A program made the translations under genes and the position numbers. A stretch of 64,000 nucleotides of DNA from Podarcis tiliguerta. Taxonomy: Eukaryota. How positions within the stretch are numbered: position 1 is the first letter of the stretch; each line of letters begins with the position of its first letter. Below are positions 1 to 10,000 of this stretch, piece by piece. Location: NCBI GenBank assembly GCA_965153285.1, contig OZ229114.1, one strand, 5' to 3'. The notes beneath the pieces were generated by a model. The model made no database searches and was not told where the DNA came from. It saw only the letters and a program-made list of their open reading frames with translations.

Positions 1-1770
1 AGGAAGAGTAATTGGATAGAAGGACCAGGGTTGTTATTCCTAGTGGCAAGTCAAAAAAGGAGAGGGATAAAAAAGCAGGCAGAATGGGGCACGGTGAAGA
101 ACAGGAGAAGATAGGAGAGAACCTAGTGTCTATAAGACCTATTTGCATTATTGAGCTTCTGTAGGTAAATTCCATTAAACACTGAAGAACTCCCATAATG
201 GTTTAGAGAAGCCAGCCAAACACTTTCTCTCTACAGAGTTATTTTAAGAAGCTGATTTGCTGTGCAAGCCACTAAAATACAAAGCCGTCCCCGCGTGAAT
301 CTGTTCCGTTAGTCCTCTCCTGAGCTGTGGTTCATGCCTTTAAGAAATCATACAATCCTGTATTATGTCCCTAAGTGGGGGTGGGGGACAGGGAGACCAT
401 CCTGCGGGGAAGGCTTTGAGGGATGACAAATGGGCAAAACAATCAGGTCAAAGAAATTTCATTAACTAGTCATTTCCAGACTAGCCACTGTGTGAATACA
501 AACAGCTGACATTTAGACAGAGCATCTTTCTGAGGTCTTTCTCTTCCCCACTCATTGTCACAATACTTATTACCAAAGGTCATTTAAAAAAAAAAAGGAA
601 GAAGAGGACAGGAGGAAAAACACAAAATTGTTTGAGCAGCCAGGGTTTCATGGGAAGCTTTTAAAAGTTCAGAACACTCTGACCCTATAGTTGTATGTTT
701 CCAGCCTTTCTCTAGTTCCTTTTTTATATCCTGTTTCTGCCCTGTCCAATGTATCCCCTAGTTTTTCATCCTCTGCAATTGCCATTAATGGACTATGACT
801 CCCACTGCCAGGTCATTAATGAGCGAGGAGCAATTGCCTTCCCACAACATTAGACATTACATTATCACTTGCTCTCATTATGCTGCGTTTATAGCACAGG
901 CAGCCAATGTGCTATAGGTCCCATCATCCCTGACCATGGGATCCATAGGAGCTAGGACTGATGTGAGCTGAAGTCCAAAACACCCGCACACACCCCACAC
1001 ACATTTCTTACCTTCATGGCAGATTTATCATCCTAAAACCTGTTCTAAGTTTGCATCTTGAGGAGAGAATAAGCACACATGGCTGAACAATAGTGGTAGA
1101 GGGCCAAAGCCCTTATGTCCTGCTTGCCAGTTCCCTAGAGGCATTTGGTTGGTCATTGTGGCAAATTAGAGACCCTACAAAGCCATAAAATACTGGGCTA
1201 CTGTGCACATAGTTTGAGATCAGCTGGGATATCCAGGAATTGCAGAAGCCATGTCAGCTTCTGGTTTGATCCTGGAATGTCCCGTTATTTGGTCCAGCAC
1301 TCTAGGGCAAGTCAGCTGGCTCTTGTGAGAACTCGGCACCAAATAGCAAATGTCCTGATTTTGAATAGCAGGATGTTGGAGGTATTGCCGGTTAAGAGGT
1401 ACTTTCCGTTTTCAACAGGGTGTATTACAAAGATGTCTAACATGGCACTATATTTTAAACTATATACATCTCATACATTTTCATTTTCATTTATCCTCAC
1501 TGCCTAATGTCACATTATGTACTTTATAATGAAACCTGATTACAATGAAACTTGCAAGCCAGCTGTGTTTTGTAATCTGAACGGCTTTCCTTCCTCCCCC
1601 GCCCTTTCTCCAAAACAGCTTCATCTTCCTTCAGTTCCCAAAGAACAGCAGATGTTCGCTTTGGGAAAATCACCTGATGAATACCATATTAGTTGCATGA
1701 CACTATGAAACAAGAAGTGGCAACAAAGACAACTATTTACATCCACCCACCCATCTCCATCTATCTATTC

Positions 1771-2021
1771 CAGGGGTCAGCAACCTTTTTCAGCCATGGG
1801 CCGGTCCATCATCCCTCAGACTATGTGGTGGGCAGGACTATATTTTTTTTTGGGGGGATGAACAAATTCCTATGCCCCACAAATAACCTAGAGATCCATT
1901 TTAAATAAAAGGACACATTCTACTCATGTAAAAACAGGCTGATTCCCAGACTGTCCGCAGACCGGATTGAGAAGGTGATTGGGCCACATCTGGCCCACGG
2001 GCCTTAGGTTGCCTACCCCTG
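1771..2021. mobile_element. hAT-type MITE
   Basis: TIRs CAGGGGT...ACCCCTG; 8-bp TSD atctattc/gtctattc; second copy at 38692-38934. Confidence 0.85.
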
Positions 2022-2044
2022 GTCTATTCTATATTTCCTATTTT

Positions 2045-2415
2045 TCTTCTTCTATATATTTTAGAAAGTTGTTTGTCTGCTCTCTGAGCATTCAGACACC
2101 TCTTGTGATATCATTACCAAATTTAGCACGCTGGCTCCTGAGACCAGTCTTACTTTCAAACACAAATGAAAATCCAACCCTTGTTCTCAGTAACCATCCT
2201 GCAAATTCGGGGACAATGTGAAAACATAGTCTTGGGAACCATTGTGCCAAATTGGGTGAAGATGTCTCAAAAGGTGTACCAATGCATAGAGACAGACAGA
2301 TAGACAACTTTCCAAAATATCTGCCATTGGGCACCATTTTGAATCCAGGCGGCAGACTGAGCATTTTGAAACTGCACAGATTTGGACACCTCTTAAGGTG
2401 TAACCTCACCAAATG
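2045..2415. mobile_element. Helitron/Helentron-like non-autonomous fragments (inverted pair plus a partial third)
   Basis: gtgccaaattgggtgaagat...acagacagatagacaactttccaaaatat at ~2243-2320 and a reverse-complement homolog at ~2050-2130; resembles the 3' ends of DINE-1/HINE-like elements. Confidence 0.45.
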
Positions 2416-2954
2416 TGACATAATATGCTCCCTCGTGATCCTTTTGCAACAAAACAGCAGTTGAAGATATGGTTTCTGCAAGCAGGCCTTAAGCCTGATT
2501 TACACAAGAGTCTAGCCCTCAGCTGCTACTTCTGTGAAGAGCAAGAGCAAGTACCAAGAGGCTGCAATGCTGTGCTATTGGCTTTTATTGGAAAGAGAAG
2601 GCTAGATTAGGTAGCTCTTGATCTGATCCAGCAAGACAGTTCTTATGTTGCTACCATCATGTAGGATTTCTCTGACACAGTAACAAGCCACCCGACTCCA
2701 CATACCGCATCTCCTGCTGACAATTTTAAATGCTGACAAAAGCGAGTAAATATTTCACTAGAGATGCATTGTGGGAATTTCAGGCAGCCTCTGAATACTC
2801 ACCGGTTTAAATTTGGAAACAAAACTCCTATCATTAAAATGCAGGAGAGAGGGATTTCTGCGGAAGCCTCAGCACAAATGTAATTATGGTGTTGCCATCA
2901 AAGCCTTTCTAATATTATTTACTTGCACACCCATCATCCTAATGAGTTCTAGGG

Positions 2955-4520
2955 AAAGGGTTTGAAGCCTGCTGGAGACAGAGCACTTAAACCAGAGTGT
3001 GGAAACCACTGGAAAGCTGAAGCTGAAAGAGAAACTGAAAGATTTATGGCACAATATGGAAAGTAGTCTACTGGCACACGTTGGGTTGGCTGAAGTGGAA
3101 TTGGATCGGGGAAGTGTTGTCAGATTCTAGCTTTCAGAGAGCCTGATATGCTCAGATGAAAATTCTGGAGCACATATGCTGAAAAGAGACTTCTGTCTAG
3201 GTGCCATTGTTCCAGTTAGTGGTTGTAACACGCTTTCCAATATGGCAGAATATGACTGTATGAAATTTGCAATGAAATGGATCTCCTGTGGTAATTCACC
3301 AGGCTTGAAGAAAAGATTCTTACTTCTGTACATTAAAGGGTGCATAAAATCTAAGTTTATTTTCCAAGGTATTTTGATATCTGTGTCTTATAATCTTTTA
3401 CCAACTTGGGTCATTGGGTATGCACAAACTGGGATCCAATTCTGAGATTTGTTTTTCAGAATACATCTTCTTCTTTGGCAATCACTCATAGCCGAGTAAG
3501 CACATTTCTCCCTTGCGTCCTGAGTTCAAGTGTCTTCAAAGCCCATGACACTTTTGATAAAGGCTGTTCTCCAATTGGAGCGCTCGCAGGCAAGTGTTTC
3601 CCAATTGTTGTTTTTAAAAATTGCCTTGAGACAGTCTTTAAACCTCTTTTGGTCTGGCCACAAACTTCTAGATCTTCAAGTAACTGCAGGTCTCGAGATC
3701 AGATATTTATTTCCTTTCGTCCCTACACAGACCTCGATTATATATTTCTCCTGCTTTTGCACAATTTTGCACATTTTTTTGCTTCAAAAACTATTTTGCT
3801 GAGAACTTTTACTAGCTTTCATGACATTCCTTTTGGGTTCCTTCAGAATTCCTCAGCAGATTCATATATAGATGAAGGAACCTCCAGATCTGCTTTTGAT
3901 TGTCCAACAGTTGCCCATTTGGCTCTAAGAAACACAAAAGACATGATATCCACACATATACATATGCATTTTGGATTCTACTGCCCTAGGAAGTCTACAG
4001 CCAGGCTTCCTAGGGCAGCCAGAACCACCTGCTATTTTTAATGTGCATTTTTGTTCATAATTGGCAGGTATGAGCAGTGGCCTTTCCTCAGCTTATAAAA
4101 CATAAATAGACAACTACATCTATGTTTGCATCTGCCATAAGTAATACTTGATGGCAGGCTTGGAGTTTTTTGCACTGCAATTTACACCGCTTAAGCCATG
4201 AAAAGAAAAATCATGTTTTGTAAAAATGCATTAAAATGCATTTTTAATGACAAAATCTTGTAAACCCCAAATTAAGCTGGTATACAAGTCGTTTCTGTTT
4301 TGGAAAAATATGGCAGAGTAAGTATTTTTAACCAATCTCAGAAAGGTCATGCATCTTCAAAGCGCTCATAAAATGATGCTCATGTTTTGCTTTCTCAGTG
4401 TTTTGAAACTAAAGTTTAGAAGAATGGTGAGTGGGGAGAAAGATTTAGCAGTTTCATTTGGTGATATGCCCCATATTGCATGCCTCTGTCCATCACCACA
4501 AACATTTTGTCCTCAGAAAT
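2955..4520 (-). mobile_element. Highly decayed Penelope-like retroelement (RT, linker, GIY-YIG remnants)
   Basis: Frameshifted minus-strand motifs in PLE order: FMA..(~23 codons)..IDV, NGQL, *FLKQK-NC (cf. SQFLRxRRNCS), SEHIR..SPIQFHF, and QW...LSALSPAGF (cf. WIxxLxTLxPxGLN). Confidence 0.5.
3500..3660 (-). mobile_element. RTE-clade LINE ORF C-terminal fragment, inserted in the Penelope-like element
   Basis: Minus translation approx. KRFKDCLKAIFKNNNWETLACERSNWRTAFIKSVMGFEDT*TQDAREKCA, typical of an RTE ORF end. Confidence 0.8.
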
Positions 4521-5008
4521 GGATTATGATTTGCAAAGAGAAATGTGCTTACTACAAGGCAATGTGAGCCAGTTTCTTTAAGCAACAGATTTTACGTGAA
4601 ATTAAGAGGGAAATAATTTTGATTTGGGTTAGGCGGAACTTCATATAACTATCTATCTGATATTGTCCATAACACTAAAAATGGATTGTAAGGGTGAGAA
4701 ACTCTCGACATAACCACTGTCAGATAGCTTCATACTGGATAGAGGAAGAAGACCGCAATCATTACATAATATGCTTCCACATCACAAGTGCATCTCACTG
4801 ATAAAGAATGAAAATTCAGTTTGGCCAAATGCACATTTTAGGGGCAAAAGAGGAGGCCATCTGGGATTTCCAGTGATATGCTATCACTAGACGTGTGGCT
4901 ACGAGTAGAAAAAGCGTACATATGAAAATCAGTTTGCTTGACAATCTGTTTGCTGTGTGCAGGAACAGCCAGCATGGAGGGCCTCTGCCACGCTGCCACC
5001 CTTCCAAC

Positions 5009-5457
5009 TGTTAGAATTCCTGCTCCATGATTGCAGTCATGGGATTGTTGTCTTTCACATGATGCTATATGTTTTGACTCCACAGAGTGGGAAGTGACGG
5101 AGACAGGATGTTTGTGTTACTGTGTTCCGTGAAGTGGGACCATTGTCCTTTGTTCTTTTGCTCTTTGCTGTCTGATGCTAGAGAGAGAGAGAGAGCCATG
5201 TTGCAGTGCTCCGTGTGTGTTTATATGTAAATAAAGTAGATTAGCCAAAATGCTGAGTTGTTGAGGTCTGTTACGCAAGTTGCGCAAACTCTGCGGATCT
5301 CTAAGTGTGCCGCTCTCTGTTGGCATCGGTCGCTGTGATGTTCGGGCTGAAGAAAGCTTTTGAAGCTCCTGAACAAACGACCAAGAGGGAGAGAACATGT
5401 CAGTCGGGCATGTGTCTCTGCCAGGGTCCTACTCAAGTGTAGGATGAGCTCCTGACA
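5009..5457 (+). mobile_element. Solo LTR (Gypsy-like)
   Basis: TGTTAG...CTGACA termini, internal AATAAA; TSD imperfect (ccaac/ccgaa). Confidence 0.6.
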
Positions 5458-5984
5458 CCGAAGATAGAATCACTGGTACTTACCAGGATAATTCCAGGGC
5501 AAAGCAAGGCAGCAGCAAGATTAGGGCACTGTGGGAACCAATTCACCCGCTGACGCACTCACATACCCTCTATCTTGCCACTGCCCCAGCCTCACACCAT
5601 CTCAGTAAGAGGCATAGACTGTTGTCAGGAGGGTAGTGGCATGGCACCACTGATCCACACCGGCTACTCCTTGCAACACGGGCAATCTTATAGCAAGTCC
5701 TGCTAGGATAGGCAGAATGCAGCTCAGCCACCATTAAGTCCCCAATCCTGGATCGGGCAAAGGTACACTGGTGTCACTTGCTCCTGCTGGCACAGCTGGC
5801 TGAGCTAATACCAGTGTAAGTCCCAAAAAAGAGGGCATGGGGGGGCATGGAAGAGTGGAACCAGAGAGGAGGGCCTTAGGCAGGATCCTAAGCCTGTTCA
5901 GTTTGGTGACATGACCTGGCAACCTGACACAGATCACAGTGTTAAAGGCTTGATTTCCCTCTGCCAGGTTTCTCTCTGAACAGC

Positions 5985-6137
5985 TTTGACAGTAAGAGCT
6001 GTTGGACCATGGAACAGTTTCTCTCGGGAAGTGGTGGACTGTCCTTCCTTGGAGGTGTTTAAGCAGAGGCTGGGTGGTCATCTGTCATGGATGCATCAGC
6101 TGAGATCCCTGCATTTCAGTGGGTTGGACTAGATCAT
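5985..6137 (+). mobile_element. CR1 LINE 3' fragment
   Basis: gtaagagctgtt...gaagtggtggactgtccttccttggaggtgtttaagcagaggctgg...ggttggactagat matches the CR1 ORF2 end and 3' UTR (compare 52186-52557). Confidence 0.8.
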
Positions 6138-6184
6138 CAAGGAAGTCGTAAAACACAATAGGGATACATTTGAATTTGCAATTA

Positions 6185-6582
6185 CCGTATTTTTCGCCCC
6201 ATAGGATGCACTTTTCCCCCTCCAAAAATGAAGGGGAAGTGTGTGTGCATCCTATGGGGCGAACGCAGGCTTTCGCTGAAGCCTGGCGAGCAAGAGGGGT
6301 CAGTGCGCACCGACCCCTCTCACTCTCCAGGCTTCGCACAGCTCTCCGCAAGGCGCGGGAGCCCAGCGCTGGGCGCCCGCAGCTTGCGGAGAGTTGCCTG
6401 CATGCCGAAGGCTGGGCGCACTGGACTCCCACGGCTTGCGGAGAGTTGCCTGTTCTGGGGGCTGGGGTCAGGGGAAGCGCCTGGGGGGGGGAATAAAAAT
6501 GTTTTCCTTTATTTCCCCCCCCCCCAAAAAAAAACTAGGTGCGCCTTATGGGACGGTGCGTCCTATAGGGCGAAAAATGCGG
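6185..6582. mobile_element. Tc1/mariner-superfamily MITE (Tc2/pogo-like TIR)
   Basis: TA flanks; TIR CCGTATTTTTCGCCCCATAGGA / TCCTATAGGGCGAAAAATGCGG; CpG-rich interior suggests a young copy. Confidence 0.85.
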
Positions 6583-7428
6583 TACGTATAACAGGGACAA
6601 TACAGATATAGCAACAGTTAAATATATATATAAATTAAAACTTAGTCACTAACATATAACCTAAAATTATCATTTAAAACCTTCATCATTATGATAGCAC
6701 AGCTTGTTCCCTAACTTTTAGGGTACCTTCTTACTCTAAGTTTCTATGATTCCAGGCTTAGGCAGAGCAGCAGCTGCCCGACTGCTGAACCGGGTTTGGA
6801 TATGGTGCAACTTTATGTCAGCTTACTTCACGCTGACTGGCTTGATGCCACCTTCCTGTTCCTGGGATTGCTCCCTATGCGACATAGCGGAACAGGGACA
6901 GTCTTAGAGAATAAAAAGTACAGAGCTCCTTGAGCTCCCAGAAATGATTCAGCCGTTATTGGGATTCTTGTCCTTAGCATGGCTGTGCAGGAGAGGACCA
7001 TACGGCATAAGTACATCAGTCACCCCCCTGCCCACACGCTTGGGGTGTTGCGGGATTATTTTTCAGCTATGATCAACCTAAATGCAGCCTTTCAGTCAGA
7101 AGCTGTTCTTTATTCACAAGCATTCCATAGCTGCCTCTTCTGATTTACTCATTGCCTTGCAGCCATTTAGGTTTACAAAGGAATAGGCCATTGTTTTGAT
7201 AAATGCTTCAGTTAAGGGGCCATAAAGAATACTACAATGCAAGAGAGACTTTAACTCTTTCCATCTTAAACTTTTGCTGGTATGGCCATGCAGGAGGAAG
7301 CCATGGGGAAAGAAGCAGCAGGTCACCCTGAGTAGAAACAGCAGCTAGGGCTTCTTCGCTCCCTCAGGAAAGAATGAGATTCCTTACTGTTTCCAACATT
7401 CTGTCTGAGTAAAAAAAAATATCACGAT

Positions 7429-8172
7429 TGCGTGACCAGGCAGTGACAGCCCCAGCCCCCAGGGATCATAAGGAAGGAATAAAGACTCTGACAACATTAT
7501 ATGGAATTAAAATTAGGCCGCAACTTTATTAAACTTCTGAATATAGGAAGACCTTGGCTTAGGCCTTTGTTGTGTATCCCTCCCAGCCGGGGGAACTGGG
7601 GCTCATCAGGGTAAATGGGATATGGGGGTGCTCTGCAAGACGTAAGGGTAGCAGGCAGCCAAGCCCATATCCCTGCACACAGGGTAGTTCACTGACGACC
7701 TTTCAGTGTATGGCCAGTGACACCCATATATATAACCCCTTTAATAGGGGACCCTGGAATCGCCACTGCAGGGGGATGAGTCACTACTTCACACACCCAC
7801 ACACCTATAGGGAAGAAAAGACTACAGGATTCCACCCAAGGCCATAACCACCAAAGTTGTGATGAATTGCTATGGGGAAGACAAAACCTGCCAATGCAGG
7901 AAAATTTCTTCCCGGTCCTTCAGCAACCAGTCAAAGACTGTAGCAGCGCCCACTGAACAGGAAGAAAAAGTTAACCTGAAAACAAGAAACATTAAACAAA
8001 GGGAGGGGAGGGAGGGTGAATCTCCAGAGCCGACTGCCTGGCTATTGTCGGCTCCACCTCCCAGCAAGAAACTTGATTACTGAGGCTGGTCGTGAACCTC
8101 CAAAAATTAACACTGAGAGGCAAGCCAGCCCCTGTTTGCCAGTAAGCTCCCTGGGAACTGTAGCACCACGCA
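7429..8172 (-). mobile_element. Solo LTR-like element
   Basis: TGCGTG...CACGCA termini, flanks cgat/tgat (4-bp TSD with CpG decay), minus-strand AATAAAGTTGCGGCC; related to ~27280-28705. Confidence 0.6.
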
Positions 8173-9692
8173 TGATCCTGCAAAGGGCACCCACAATGTA
8201 AAGTGTGGGTGCTCATTGCTAGAGTCTCTGTGTTCTATGCAGACCTCTGATCAATAACTCCCGCTTGAAGATTCTAGAAGTTTCCAAAGGAAACGGTGCC
8301 CTCAAGAGTCTCTTTGATTCATGTTTTACAGAAATGAGGAGAATAACAATTTAGAGAGAGAAAACACAAACCATTTCCACCTTCTGTTCACAGACCTGCA
8401 CCTTAACGTGATGTGATTCATGGGCAATTTAAAACCAGCGAACAGGCACTGAGAAAGAGATGGTGAAATGCTTAGGGAAATCATGACTATTTCAGATAAA
8501 CATGGCCAACTCTTCCTACTGCTCACTGCACTTAATGCACCTTCAGTACTCTACATCATAAAACAAAGGGGGGATATCAAGTTCTTCATAGGCATAAGCA
8601 TTAATACTTCATATACTCTGATATACGCTTCCTCCGAGGTAATTTTATAGAAGATACTTTCATCAATTGTCTTCCTCCTTGACTTAAAGGACACAGTAGG
8701 ATGCAAAGCTGCTTTTCTGATTCAATTAGTGATTAATACTGAATGATGTACAATTATATTGTCAATGATAACAAGCAGTTTGCTGGGAGGACTGTTTGTG
8801 CTGGAGCTCTGGAAATGCAGAGGGAAAGGGGGGGGGAGAGAAAGTGCACTCTCGAAACTGCAGAGTTATTTGAGATGTCAAGAAAAGATTCATTTTCTTC
8901 TATTAAAAATAGCACTTCAAAACCACCCTATTTCCAAAGCACAGGCAGCCACATTCCAACAAAGAAAGGCATAAGTTGAAAGAAAAGGATTGTTTAGTTT
9001 TAACTGACAGAGGGAATAATATGGAGGGTGTAAATAATTTACTGTGTCCTTGTCCTATAGGGAACCGACAGAAGCATGCAACAATCATTAAGATTCAATA
9101 CATAATTCAGCCTTTTCACTTTCTGTTTTATCATTCCGCTCATGCGGCTTTCAAATGTGTGGGCCCATATTCTCATGCTCATTGGAAAGATGTTAAGTGT
9201 CTTGTCCTGATGCAACCAGAACTGTAAAACTTAATGAAATCTTGGGATTGTGCTCTTTACAGCTCCCATCCCTGCCTGTTTTTAGTGAGGAAGCATAAAG
9301 CACAATGGAGAGTTTGTGCCACTAAACATTGACAAATAGGAACAGTTGCTGGGTTGTGATTATGAATGATGTTTAAATGTTTTGGATAAATGTGCATTTC
9401 ATGAAATATTAGCATTCTCTTTGTTACAGCCTGACTTACTCAGAACTCACCTGGAATATCCTTGAAGAAAGAAAACAGACCATTGTTAACTGGCAAGTTG
9501 TGAAAATGAGACAGCCCCCATCTTTGTGCTGTTCAGTGTTTTTTGTTTAGTATTGTTTTGTATTACTTTTTAAACTGTTGGCTTTATATTTGGATAATTT
9601 AATGGTGACTACTTGACTTTAATATTTCTTTAATCATCATCATTTACTTATTATGTTAATTTAATATTATGTTAATATTATTATTTGAAGAA

Positions 9693-10000
9693 AGTTTTAT
9701 TGGTTTTAAGTAAATACATGTTACAAAATTAAATCAGCTCAACAGAATTACCTCCCTCCTTTCCTCCCTCAAGCAGAACAAAATGGTTTCAACAGCAAAG
9801 CACATTGTTCCGTAATCAGGTGTGTGTATGTGGTAGATGCCAAATTGTATTGTTTTCATCTGAGAAAGTTATACATGGATGCCATATTTCAATAAAGTCT
9901 TCAGCGTCTTGGGAACTGTTCAATACCTTTATCTGTTTGGTAAGTTTTCCCATCGAAACAACTGTCCATACTTTCTGTCTCCATAATATAAGCCCCACTC
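9693..10000 (-). mobile_element. L1/Tx1-like LINE 3' end
   Basis: ORF LWRQKVWTVVSMGKLT...FIEIWHPCITF resembles the L1-clade ORF2 C-terminus; minus-strand AATAAA at the end. Confidence 0.6.

Noticed and set aside
3406-4041. Longest ORF (211 aa)
   Set aside because: It is antisense to RTE and Penelope-like remnants and has no protein-like features.
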